A DNA stretch of 64,000 bases from Scyliorhinus canicula. Lineage: Eukaryota. The position numbers were made by a program, and so were the translations under genes. The DNA lies in the NCBI RefSeq assembly GCF_902713615.1, contig NC_052154.1, forward strand, positions 58,161,615 to 58,225,614, in the 5' to 3' direction. Below are positions 1 to 12,207 of this stretch, one piece after another (the first letter of the stretch is position 1; the number at the start of each line of letters is the position of its first letter). The notes below the pieces were generated by a model that was given only the letters and a program-made list of their open reading frames with translations, searched no databases and was not told the origin of the DNA.

Positions 1-220
1 TTGAGTATGAACAGGAAGGTGAGAAGGAGACACCCAGATAGTAGAAACCAAGGTTTTATTGTCAAAGAGTCACCTTCTTACAAATGAGTGAGAGCAGGTG
101 CCAGGCATTCCTGTGATTGTCCAGAGACACTGTGCATCACATATACCACATTCTTTAAGAAAACCTGATGCCACATGGGGTTAGAGGCTACCACCTGCTT
201 GCAGCATAGTTGCCAGTCAT

Positions 221-575
221 GCTGACCTCCTGGGCAATGGCCTCTCAGGCCAGAGAGGTGATGTCCATGTGCTTCCTGGTACTATCCCTTGGTTGACCTC
301 CTGGGCAATGGCCTCTCAAGCCAGAGAGGTGATGTCCATGTGCTTCCTGGTACTATCCCTTGGTTGACCACCTGGGCAATGGCCTCTCAAGCCAGAGAGG
401 TGATGTCCATGTGCTTCCTGGTATTATCCCTTGGCTGACCTCCTGGGCAATGGCCTCTCAGGCCAGAGAGTTGATGTCCATGTGCTTCCTGGTACTGTCC
501 CTTGGCTGACCTCCTGGGCAATGGCCTCTCAGGCCAGAGAGGTGATGTCCATGTGCTTCCTGGTACTATCCCTTG
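221..575. repeat. Tandem repeat, 5 x 71 bp
   Basis: Units start at 221, 292, 363, 434 and 505 (G[CT]TGACCTCCTGGGCAATGGCCTCTCAGGCCAGAGAGG...CCCTTG), with only a few substitutions between copies. Confidence 0.97.
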
Positions 576-1017
576 GGTGTAGGACACACTTCTGCACCGA
601 GATTGCTTCTGCACAGAGATTACTCCAATCAAAACATCAAGAACCTGGTGGCTGAAGCGGGACGATGCATTCTTCTTGAGGGCGGTGGGCTTTGCTTGTG
701 GCTGGAAGTCATGTTGATCAGTCCCCTGGTACCAGGTGGGTTGGAGAGAGTGATACGAATGTGTTGCTCTGGCGTTTCAATACGCCTCTGCTACCTTTGA
801 ACCACCCAGCTGACAGCGGGTGGAAATAAGAATAGTTACAATAACAAGAGGAATGCTATACATTATCATCATGGACAAAACACCTCATCATGGAACTGGA
901 TGGAGAGCTACAGCTGTGGAAAAATGAGCGGGAACAATATGGAGCTGTGATCAACCAAGTGGGCTGTACCAAGTTGTTGATGCTCAGGTCTTCAGTTGTT
1001 TTCTTTCCAAAATATTA

Positions 1018-1105
1018 TAGTAAGAAGTCTTACAACACCAGGTTAAAGTCCACCAAGTTTGTTTCAAATCACTAGCTTTCGGAGCACTGCTCCTTCCTCA
1101 AGTGA
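1018..1105 (-). mobile_element. Penelope-like element terminal remnant with degenerate minimal hammerhead motif
   Basis: Minus strand reads tcac-TTGAGGA-aggagcagtgctcc-GAAA-gcta-gtga...aacttggtggactttaacctggtgttgtaagacttcttact, the typical elasmobranch Penelope end. Confidence 0.7.
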
Positions 1106-2158
1106 AATATAACAAGTTGCTATTCACATTCTTTGCACAGTTTTTTACAGCACTATGTAAATGTTTTGCTTTGGAATAATTCACTCTTTCTGCACAATGG
1201 AAAAATTGCAAGATGTATTAAAAGGTGAATTATTTTGTCAAATTGCCTAGTGCTGGAGCGAGCCTGATTAATGTATTTGTTTCCACATTTGTTCCCTGTA
1301 TGTTTTTCATACTTTATGCTGGCTGTCAATGTGTGATCATGGAGGTATACTCTAGTGCGGAGCTGCAGCGATTTCCAATTTATGACTAATCGTTTGGATC
1401 TGATGTGGATGTTGTGGATTCAAAGGCAAGACTTGTAAAGGCCTGCCTGGTGATACAAAATATTGACCAACATAAATGTCAGTTGGCAGCACTATGCTAC
1501 TCTGTGCATGCCACTGCCGGAGGACATCTCCTTGAGCGATCCACCATTTTGTGCAAATATACAGCAGTTGGAATTATTGATGCTACAGAATCACAGTGCC
1601 ATGTTTCTTTCTAAATATGTTCCAAATGAGCCGGAGCCAGTAGTGACTTTGTGTTGGAATATTGGTCCCAAATACACAATAGTGAAAATGCAGCAGCAAT
1701 GGAAATATCCATACTGGAGTTGCATAAATGTGGAATTTGCTGCAAATGCCACTAGTGTTGTCATGCGCTCAGAAGCAGATTGCAGACAACTGTGCCCTAT
1801 AATATTCATTGAATCATAGAATGATACACACAGGAGAACACTCGAAACATAGTGCCTGTACTGACTCTTTGGTGGATATATCCAATTAATCCTTTCCATC
1901 CCTGCTCTTTCCCAATAACCCTGTTTTCCTTTTCCATTCACGCATTTATCCAATTCTCTTTGATTACTAATGAGGGAAAAGCAAATGCATATCTGAATGC
2001 TGAATTCCTTCCTGACATCTATGATGTGCAAGGAAGCAAGTGGCTCCACACTATGGATCTTGTGCTGTATGTCTCTGAAATCAGCACAATAAAACGGAAA
2101 AGGGTTACAAAGAACGCTAGGGTCCTACTCTTAATCAACTACCTCCTCATCTAACTCA

Positions 2159-2347
2159 GGGGCTGGTTTAGCTCACTCAGCTAAATCGCTGGCTTTTAAA
2201 GCAGACCAAGCAGGCCAGCAGCACGGTTCGATTCCTGTACCAGCCTCCCCGGACAGGCGCCGGAATGTGGCGACTAGGGGCTTTTCACAGTAGCTTCATT
2301 GAAGCCTACTCGTGACAATAAGCGATTTTCATTTCATTTTCATTTTT
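2159..2347 (+). mobile_element. tRNA-derived SINE with (TTTCA)n tail
   Basis: A-box-like TGGTTTAGCTCA, B-box GGTTCGATTCC and TTTCA-repeat tail. Near-identical copy at 28668-28848. Confidence 0.85.
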
Positions 2348-3090
2348 CGTATTAGCTGCCATTTCATCAATACCTAAATCACTACAATATATGCCTACTT
2401 TGTGGCAGTGATAATTGTTGATGCATAGTTACGTTATGTTCATAGTGTACAATTGAGTATACAGTGCACTTATCCATCTTTATTTATCATAATCCACTTA
2501 TCTTTACATGCAATGATTCCCTGTGCACAACTATTGTGTAGATTAATGGCCATGTAACATATCAACCAAACCATAGAATAGCTTTTGAGATATATTACGA
2601 GTGCGGTCTTTCCTTCCAGTTGCCATTATTCAATGTATTTTAAACTCTTCCTCATCATAAAAGTCTATATTGTTTCTTCATATAAATACCAGTTCTTTCA
2701 GACCTCGCATCCAATATCTTCTGAGTGTTACGCACTGATGTGTCAGATGAGTTTAAACCTAAGGCAAGTGGTGATCGAAACATAATGAATTGGACCCTTG
2801 AAGTTTCTTCCTGGTCTTTCTTGTAATGGGATGCAATGGGATAGAAAACATCATTTACACAACCTTGCTATTTTCACTTCTCATATCTTACTTGAAACAT
2901 TCTGGTTAATATTTTGCTTTTTCAGTATAGCATTTTTTATACATCTGTAACAACCACTATTTTCCTTCAACCAAATGTCCTGCACTCTACATTATCATTA
3001 TTCACTCTGTACTCCTGTGAGCTTATTTGAACTATGCATATTCTTTTGGACCTCCAAGCCAGGTCCCCCAGCATTGTAAAAACAATAATG

Positions 3091-3890
3091 TGTTACTCCA
3101 TGGGCCAGGGTTTAGAGAACCCCAAAGTTTATCATGGAGTTCACCTGACCCACAACTTTTAATACATTGTGGTATGGGGAGCACGCAGCCCACTCGACAC
3201 GTGTTGTACAGCAGAAATGGAAAAGTATTTTTCAAGCAAAACTATGTTTATTCTATGAAGTCAAGGAAACCTTTTTAAAACATACAGACAACATCTTAGC
3301 AACCATCAATTCAAATACAACGCCCCAAAGAATACAACACTAAGTAATCCTTTAAGCTTTCCTTTTAACATCCATAAGACAGAAGAAACACCTTTTAACT
3401 GCTGTCCAACAAACTCAAGGTAACCTTTTTAAAACATACAGTGAACATCTTAGCAACCATTAATTCAAATACAACCCCCCCCCCCCAAAGAATACAACAC
3501 TAAATAATCCTTTAAGCTTTCCTTTTAATATCCATAAGACAGAAGAAACACCTTTTAACAGAAGCACATCAGGTTTACATTCACTACTGAAAACATTTAT
3601 AATTCTGAATTCACCAAATGATCAAGAGATAGTCTTTTCATAGCAGAGAGATCAACAGTACACCTGTTCTGCCTGGCTCCAGCTCCAACACTGAAAACGA
3701 ATCCAAACAACACAGACGCACCCAAGCTTTTCTCAAAGTGAAACTAAAAGCGGACACGCAACCCAGCTCCATCCACTCTCTGACATCACGGCAACAAAAA
3801 CACCCATTTCTTAAAGGTACTCTCACGACAGATACTTATATACACACCCATTTATAAACACCCATTTCAGAAAGGTACTCTCACATGACA
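3091..3890 (-). repeat. 3' LTR of the Gypsy element (TG...CA)
   Basis: Minus strand begins TGTCA right after the PPT and ends ...TAACA at 3091. AATAAA at 3252-3247. Internal ~140-bp duplication (3261-3399 and 3415-3559). The lower boundary is less certain. Confidence 0.75.
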
Positions 3891-3900
3891 CCTCCCCCCA
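3891..3900 (-). other. Polypurine tract
   Basis: Minus TGGGGGGAGG immediately precedes the LTR TG. Confidence 0.85.
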
Positions 3901-4100
3901 AGAAAAAAAACCCATCAACTTCAAGATGGTTTCATTTTTCACCTTTTCACTAGCCTTTAAGAAATGCACACAGTAAATATACTTTTTTGTTTAAAAAACA
4001 ACACACGCAAACAGGTACAATAATATAGTCCATTTTTGTTCTTCTTCCTGAATGACAGTCTCTTTGAAGAAGAAGGTCTATGCACGCTCCGTCCATTTTT

Positions 4101-5100
4101 CTATGCCTCGGCATTTCTCTTTAAAGTCAGATACATTAGTCTAATCTGATCGCAGAATCCCTTGTAATTCTCCAACACAGGAGCATTGGTTATCACAGCT
4201 TTCAGGCAGTCAAATGCCTGTTGACACTCCACTGTCCACTGGAATTTGTTACACTTCTTGAGCAAGTCAGTCAGTGGAGCAACCACACTGCTGAAATTTG
4301 GTACCAATTTCCGGTAAAATCCACTCATACCAAGAAATTGCATTATTTCCCATCGTGTCGAGGGTATCGGAAACTCCCCAATAACTTTTGTTTTCACATC
4401 CCGTGGGACCATTCGACCCCGAGCTAATGTATGGCCAAGGAAAGTGACTTGGGCTTTTCCAAATTCACTTTTGGCTAGGTTTATCACCAAACCCGCCTCC
4501 TGAAGTCGATCGAATAACTCCATCAGATCTTTCAGATGTTCTGTGCATGTCTGGCTGAAAATTACCAGAGCGTCGATGTATACCACACAATTGGGTAATC
4601 CTGAAACAACTGTTAGTTAACCGTTGAAATGCGACCGGGGCGATTTTCATGCCGAATGGCATAACTTTAAATTGGTATATATCATCTGGAGTCACAAAAG
4701 CTGAAATCTCCTTCGCCATTTCAGATAAAGGTACCTGCCAGTAACCTTTAAGTAAATCCAGTTTGGAAATAAAAGCTGATTACTTTCTCAATGCACTCCT
4801 GAAAACGTGGGTTAGGATAAGAGTCCATTCTTGTAACGGCATTAACCTTTCTATAGTCCACAAACAACCGTTGGGTATGGTCTGGTTCTGGTACCATCAC
4901 TATGGGTGAGCTCCATTGGCTGCAACCCACTTCAATTATGCCATTTTTAAGCATACTCTCAATCTCTTTGTTAACCTGTGCCAATTTTAAAGGGTTAAGT
5001 CTATAAGGATGTTGCTTGATTGGAACAGCATTTCCCACATCTACATAATGTATAGCTATTTTAATACATCCCAATTTATTTCTACAAACGTGCACACGTG
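4101..5100 (-). pseudogene. Gypsy reverse transcriptase, frameshifted
   Basis: PIKQHPYR, SQWSSPIV, VDYRKVN, FKVMPFGM, YIDA (catalytic YxDD mutated), FLGH, FLGMSGFYRK and APVL, spread over three frames. Confidence 0.92.
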
Positions 5101-5244
5101 ATATCAATATCGCTTTCAGGTCAGTCGGTTTTTGCTCTGGAAGGTAACTCAACAATTTATCCCAATTTTTAAGAACATCCTCATTTTCCAATTTAATTTG
5201 AGGTATGTCAAATTCACAGTCATCTGGATTTGGTTCGTCACTTT

Positions 5245-5467
5245 TTAAAAATAAATTTAGAGTACCCAATTCATTTTTCCAATTAAGGGGCAATTTAGTG
5301 TGGCCAATCCACCCATTCGTCACATCTTTGGGTTGTGGGGGCGAAACCCACGCAAACACGAGGAGAATGTACAAACTCCACACAGACAGCGTCCCAGAGC
5401 AAGGATCGAACCTGGGGCCCCGGCACTGTGAGGCAGCAATGCTAACCACTGTGCCACCGTTCTGCCC
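5245..5467 (-). mobile_element. tRNA/V-type SINE with A-rich tail and 14-bp TSD
   Basis: TSD TGGTTC[G/A]TCACTTT at 5231-5244 and 5468-5481. B-box GGTTCGATCC. Same family as 55363-55586. Confidence 0.92.
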
Positions 5468-5529
5468 TGGTTCATCACTTTGAGTTAGAATCATTAAAAC
5501 CTCCTCCTTTTTCTCTCCTTCCTTTTCAA

Positions 5530-6560
5530 AGTACCTTTTAAGCATATTCACATGACACACTCGGTGAGTTTTCCTTCTATCTGGTGTTTTTACCACATAA
5601 TTCACCTCACATAATTTCCTTTCAATCTGATAAGGTCCACAAAACCTTGCTTTTGTAAAGGTTAATCTACCAATGGTGACAACACTAAAACTTTGTCTCC
5701 ACTGGCAAAACTATGAACTTTAGATTTCTTGTCCGCTACTCGTTTCATCACATTTTGTGCAATTTTCAAATGTTGTCTAGCCAATTCAGCTGCTCTATTT
5801 AATCGTTCCCTAAAATTTGACAGGTAATCCAATAATGTAATTTCCGATTTCTCATTCACCAATTTTTCCTTAATCAATTTAAGTGGTCCTCTTACCTCAT
5901 GACCAAAAATTAGTTCAAAAGGACTGAATTTGGTTGACTCAGTCGGTGCATCCCTAATTGCAAACAGGACGAATGGAATTCCTTTATCCCAATCCTCTGG
6001 ATAATCTTGACAATAAGCCCTCAACATTGGCTTTAATGTCTGATGCCACCTTCCTAATGCTCCCTGCAATTCTGGATGGTACGCAGTTGATTTAAATTGT
6101 TTTATTCTTAAGCTATCCATAACTTCTTTGAATAATCTTGAAGGAAAATTCGATCCTTGATCCGATTGTATTTCTGTGGGTAGTCCATACCTAGTAAAAA
6201 ATTTAAGTAACTCCTCCACCATGTTTTTTGCTATAATATTACGTACTTGAATGGCCTCGGGAAACCTAGTAAACACATCTATTATTGTCAAAAGATATTG
6301 ATTTCCACTTTTTATTTTAGGAAGCGGTCCTATGCAATCGATTCGGACACTTGTAAAAGGTTCCTCAAATGCTGAAATATGTATTAAGGGTGCTGGTTTT
6401 ATCACTGCTTGAGGTTTCCCTATCACTTGACATGTGTGACATGATTGACAAAACTTAACTCCATCTTTATGTAGACCAGGCCAATAAAAATATTTTTGTA
6501 TTTTAGCTTGAGTTTTCCTTATTCCCAAATGACCACTGGTACCTCATGTGCAACTCTCAA
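5530..6560 (-). pseudogene. Gypsy integrase (HHCC, DDE core with E>G, GPY/F module)
   Basis: AHE..HLGIRKT..CHTC, IDCIGP, SDQGSNF, QGALGRWH (canonical ER), FCGPYQI, HVNMLKRY. Confidence 0.92.
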
Positions 6561-6777
6561 CACCTCCTTTCAATACCTTACCAGCAATACTACTTGATGA
6601 ACCTCTGCCCTCTTTTCATCCGCCTGCATATGTAAAGGTCTCCATTTTATCATCAAGACATCACTTTTACGGTAATAACACTCTGGTATACACACAGATT
6701 CCTCTTCCGTGTATGCTTTCTGATACATCCGTTTTATTTCCATATCTTTTTGTTGTAACTCCACCAATTTTCCTGAA

Positions 6778-7813
6778 CTAAAAAACATCCGCCTCATGCT
6801 CCACCTGTTCTTTTTCAACCAGCTGATCAAAAATCATTTCTGATAATTGCACTTCAACTTCATCTTCACTCTTTGATTTCTCCTCTTGTCTTAACCTGTG
6901 ATTTTGCGACCTTGTTACAACACAATCCGGAAAAATCCCAGGATATTCATCCTTCAACACTTCAGTTGTCTGATTTTGCACTAGCTTATCAACCACAGTA
7001 GAAATCACTCCCACCTGCGATCCAGCTATATCGTTACCCAAGATAAACTGTATTCTTGGACAAGATTGTTTCTCTATTACTCCTACTACCACTGCACCAC
7101 TCTTCACTGGACTTTCCAACCTTACCTTATATAATGAACACTTCTCCTCTCACCCTGAATTCCACAAATTACCACCTTTTCTGGCAACATTCTTCCCAAA
7201 CTACACAACTCATCTCTTACCATTAAAGATTGACTAGCTCCCGTATCTCTTAAAATTGTGACTTCATTATCTGATCCTCCTGATACACATGAGTAAACTT
7301 TATCCACACAAGTAAATTCTTTAAAGAGATCTGGTACCTTTTGATCAATCACCTCTTGATCAGGCTGTAGAATCTTTTGCACCTCCTTCGCTTCACTTGG
7401 GCTTTCCTTTACCACCTTCACAAACCCCACTGTCTTTTCCTGTTTTACCACATCAGCCTTCCCAGTGCTTTTCTTCAACCACCAACACTGTGACTTTACA
7501 TGTCCTAGTTTATTACAGTGAAAACATTTGAAACTTTTCATGCCTTTTCCACCCTCCTTGATTTATTTTTTAATCTGAGGTACACTCTCCTTATTATCTC
7601 CAATCAGATCACCTTTGCCTCTACCACTTTAGTATTTCTCATGTCCCCAGTTTCTGTCCCTCACAGGCTGAAACTGATGTCGGAAGCTTTGATTTATGAA
7701 CTAATTCATAATCATCTACCATTTCTGCTGCTAATCCCGCAGTTTTAACCCTCTGCTCTTTCACATGAGTTCTCACTACATCAGGAATTGCATTTTTAAA
7801 CTCCACCAAAAGT
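6778..7813 (-). pseudogene. Gypsy gag C-terminal part, zinc knuckle and aspartic protease
   Basis: LLVEFKNAIPDVVRTHV, CFHCNKLGHVKSQC (7526-7485), ILRDTGASQSL, FILGNDIAG. Confidence 0.88.
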
Positions 7814-8056
7814 ATAGGGCGAAATTCTCCGCACCCGCGGAAAATCGTAAAACCGTCGTAAAAATCGGGAGCGTTTTACGACAGTCGCGAAGGTTTCATT
7901 TCCCAACGAATTCACTTCCGGGAAATGGGCTAGTAGCGCGGCCGCGTCAACTACGTGCGTGATGACGACGGAACGCGGCGACGACACGATCGCGCCCACG
8001 TGATGCCGCCCGACGCCGTAAAAAGGCGCGGGCGACCACAGAATCTGTCGGGCAGG

Positions 8057-10321
8057 ATGTCGGAGCCGAGGAGAGCTGCTCCTCGCTTTGTTGATGCTGA
8101 CGTCGAGGCGCTGCTCGATGCCGTGGAGCAGAGGAGGGGCATCATTCGCCCGCGGAGAGGGCATCGCCAACCTGCCAGCGCGGTACGCCAGGCCTGGCGT
8201 GACGTGGCTGCTGCCGTCAGTGCTGTGGGGCAGACCCCTCGCTCAGCTGAGCAATGTAGGAAGAAGCTACACGACCTCACCAGGTCTGCCAGGGTAAGTG
8301 CCATGAGGGTGCCCCCTAGTCACAACCATCCCTCCCCCTTAACTTAAGCACCCCCCCCCCCCCCGGCACGGGAGGGGGGGGAGGGGGATTGGGGCAGAGT
8401 TATTTGAGGATGGTTCACAAAGTTGTCGCAGACCCAGCGCTCTGGCCCCGAGGAGAGATGCAATCGTCTTATGACAACTTGACCCCCCCAAACTGTGCCA
8501 GTATCTGAACGGACTGCTGATACCTTCCGTTTTGTAATGATCTACCTATGTTCCCTCCCCCAACAGGCCAAGGCCGCTCACAACCACCGTGAGCGGCACA
8601 AGACTGGAGGGGGTTCGCCCAACCTGCACCCCCTCAGCACCTTTGAACAGAGGGCCCTGGACCTTGTTGGGGGGTCTGCCACCCGCGATATCGCGCTATG
8701 CGAGGTTGGCGGAACTGCAGCAAGTGAGACAACCCTCCCTGACAAACACTCACCCCTCCCCCATCCTCTGTCCCTTCACACACCCTGCCCACTGGGACAC
8801 CTCCCCCATCCTCTGTCCCTTCACACACCCTGCCCACTGGGACCGTCTAGCGACCTGCCGAGCAAATCTAAATAACCCGTCTCATTCTCTTCCCTAGGAC
8901 GTGATGCCGAACGACCAGGGCCGTCTGCCTCCAGACGGAGACAGGAATCTGCCGCCACCTCACCCGGGGCCTCACAACAGAGGGTGCCCGATCAGCGGGC
9001 AGCCCCATCCGCCCCAACCCAATCTGCGGACCAGGACGTACAGAGGGTTCGAAGTCCACAACCACCAGAAATGGCCAGGGACAACCCTCCTGACGCTGAG
9101 CAGCCCCACACCCTGGAGGAGGCCCTAAACATTGAGAGCGTCGGGCTTGCGGCACTGCTTTCTCCCACCACATCCATCATCCCAGAGACACACACCCCGG
9201 CAGGCCTATTTAGTGATGAGTCTCCTGGGGCACAGTCTGGTTGGCACATCACAGCTGAGCAGGTACAGCAGGTGGAGGTCGGAGCAACAGAGGGCCCGGA
9301 CTCGCGGAGACCAGACCAGGCCCAGGATGCAGCTGGCTCCCAGACGTTTTCTGAGTTCCTGGAGTTTATCAACCCACCCGCACAGCCGATGCCTCAGGAA
9401 ACCCAGGGAAACAATGACGGGAGGAGGGCTGCCTTCCTGGCTCTGCAGACGCTGTTAGAGGAGTCGAACCGCGTCCAAGAGCAGGGAGTGGTGCCGCTCA
9501 TGGCAGAGACCCAGTCCGACACCGCACGGGTGGCATCCGCGGTGGAGGCAATGGGTCAGGTTATGCAAGATGTTGGGGTTAATGTGCACGCGTCATCCTC
9601 GGCCCTGGACAGGGTTGCCCTCTCACAGGCAGCAATGTGCCAGAGCCAAAACGACATTGCCGGCGCCCTGTGGGCCATGGCCGAGTCTCAGCAGGTCATG
9701 GCCCAGTCGCAGCACGCCATGGCACAGTCCCAGCAGTCGATAGCACAGTCCCAGCAGTCGGTCGCGGAGACCATCAACCGCCTGACACATGTGCTGGATG
9801 GCGTCGTGCACACACAGGTTGAGGTCGCACAGTCCCTGGTGGGAATGTCTAACTCCCTGGACTCCGTCTCTGCAAACCTTCGGATCCTGGTGGATACCGT
9901 TGCATGCCTCCAGGACTGGCAGCGCCAGGTGTCGGTGGTGCGACGGGGCACCTCCCCGCTCGCACCTCTGTCCCAAAGTGAGGCCCGGGGGCCACCGGGC
10001 TCCCAGAGGGAGGAGGAGGTTTCGGGGTCCGTCCCATTAAGGCCATCACGGGACGTCCCGGAATTCTCGGCCTCCCCCCGTCCCATCCCTGGTGCATCGG
10101 GCGGGCAGCAGGCAGAGCAGGGTGGCACAATGTCACCCGAGACGCCCGCAAAGCAGCCTGGCCCATCAAGGCCGGGTCGCCCCAGGAAACGCTTAGCCAA
10201 GGAGAAACGAGTCGAGGGGGGCGATTCACAGCAATCCTCCTCCACTCCTGCTGTATCAGCTGGGGAGTCACTTAGACGTAGTGGTAGGGCCCGTAAGGCA
10301 ACTAAGATAGACACTGAGTAA
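8057..10321 (+). CDS. Harbinger Myb/SANT-like DNA-binding protein, join(8057-8293,8567-8723,8898-10321), 605 aa
   Basis: APRF..LL..V..R...W..VA..V...R...QCRKK..D motif and RERHKTGGG. GT-AG introns in phases 0 and 1 join all three exons in frame (1818 nt). ATTAAA at 10386. Confidence 0.88.
8755..8843. repeat. 45-bp tandem duplication in intron 2 of the Myb gene
   Basis: CCTCCCCCATCCTCTGTCCCTTCACACACCCTGCCCACTGGGAC occurs twice. Confidence 0.9.
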
Positions 10322-10874
10322 GTTGGCACGGGTGAAGGGCACAGTTTAGTTGTAGGGGCTAGGGCACCTGTAAATAATTGTTAATATTAAACGCACTGTT
10401 CCACCTTACTTGTAATTCCGTGTGATTGTTCCACAGCCACAGGAATCGTGATGGTGACCGAGTGTCGCTGGGATTGACGGGTGGTGAAACCTCGGTGCCG
10501 GGTGTGCAGTCCCTGCCCCTACCCCCTCCCACAGCTAGCCCACGCGGGCACGTGATGGAGTGTCAGTGACGAACTCAGCGGCCACCAAGGTGGATGGTTC
10601 AGCTATTGCCATGGGTCAGACTCTCTCTAACGATTCTGAGCTCACAGCTCTTCGCAGAGCGGGCTGTCATCATTCCACATGGCACTGATCACACCCGCTG
10701 ACACAGCCATCAATGTTGTGCCATACCGTCTGGACCCAGTGATAAGCGTGATGTCGAAGTGGAGCAGTGTACACTGAGAGGGGGGGGGGGGGGGGGGTTG
10801 TGGTGGTGGCAGTTGTGTGGTGACCCTCTGCATGACTAGCGATGCAGGTGGTGGTTTGGTGTTCATCGGGGACG

Positions 10875-12207
10875 TCACATGCGATGCGTGAACCGTGCTG
10901 CCACCAGGGCGTCGCGTGCCCGCCGTCCTTGCCGGGTCCGTCGTGCTGCCTCCTGGACATCACCAGCACCTGGGTCATGTCTGCGTTCTGCGCCCGCCAC
11001 TCCGCCAGCCTCCTCCTCCTCCTCCTCCCTCGCCTCCTCCTCCTCCTCTGTGCTGGCACCACTGCCACTAGCTTCTCCCTCCGCCTCCTGCAGCAGGTCA
11101 TCTCCCCTCTGCATCGCGATGTTGTGCAGCGCACAGCAGACCACTACAATGCGAGCGACCCTGTCGGCCTGGTACTGCAGGGCCCCTCCGGAGCGGTCCA
11201 GGCACCTGAATCTCATCTTCAGGAGGCCAAGGCAGCACTCCACCACACCCCTGGTTGCTGCATGGGCCCCGTTGTATCGTGTTCCCGCATTGGTCTGAGG
11301 CCTCCGTATAGGCGTCATCAGCCAAGACCTCAGCGGATAACCCCTGTCACCTAGCAACCAGCCCCTCAGCCGGGGGGGGGACGTCCCTCAAACATTGCAG
11401 GTATGAACGACTGCGCCAGTATGTAGGAGTCATGCACACTCCCTGGGAACCTTGCACAGACGTTCATGATCCTCATGTGGGGGTCGCATACCACCTGGAC
11501 ATTAATGGAGTATGTCCCCCTTCTGTTTGTGAACACTTCCTTGTCCACAGCAGGCGGGCGCATGGGGACGTGAACACAGTCGATTGACCCCTGAACCCTC
11601 GGTATCCCGGCCACACTGGCAAATCCACGAGCTCGTGAGTCTTGACTTGCTTGGTCCTCGGGAAAGGTGATGTAGCGGTCCGCGATGGCATAGAGGGCGT
11701 CGGTCACATCACGGATGCACCTGTGCACCGATGACTGGGAGATCCCAGAGACGTCCCCGCTCGGAGACTGGAAGGAGCCGGTAGCATAGAAGTTCAGAGC
11801 GACCGTCACCTTGATGGCAACCGGGATCGCGTGTCCTCCCCCCGTTCCACGTGGGGCAGGTGCGACAGGAGTTGGCAGATATGTATCACCGTCTGCCTAC
11901 TCAGCCGGAGTCTCCTCCTGCAGGTGATGTCCGTCATTGTTAGGAAAGAGACCCGGATACGGTACACCCTCGGCTTTGGTCGTCGCCTCTGGCGCCGTGG
12001 CTGCACCCTCACTCTCTCCTCTTCCTCTTCCTCCTCCTCCTCCCCCCCATGCTGCTCGATGACTGGCAACTCCTCGGCCCTTCCCTCTGCTGCTGCAGCT
12101 GGCCCTGCATCCACTGCGGGTTGTGGGTGTGGATGCTGCTGCATCTCCAAATCCAGTAGAGCGGCCCCAACCACTGCGCAGAACATAGCCGTTCTGTTCC
12201 CATACAT
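10875..12207 (-). CDS. Harbinger (HARBI1-like) DDE transposase, ~444 aa, with two -1 frameshifts in C runs
   Basis: ALNFYATGSFQ, GSIDCVHV (D), PGSVHDS, LGDRGYP (D), RGVVEC (E), LKMRFRCL, CCALHN. Frame breaks near 11855 (C4) and 11375 (C9). Confidence 0.9.

Noticed and set aside
221-575. CRISPR-like array
   Set aside because: Whole units repeat with no unique spacers, and the context is eukaryotic.
8057-12207. Domesticated HARBI1/NAIF1-type host genes
   Set aside because: Both genes are enclosed by TIRs and a TSD inside a retrotransposon gag, so they belong to a mobile element.
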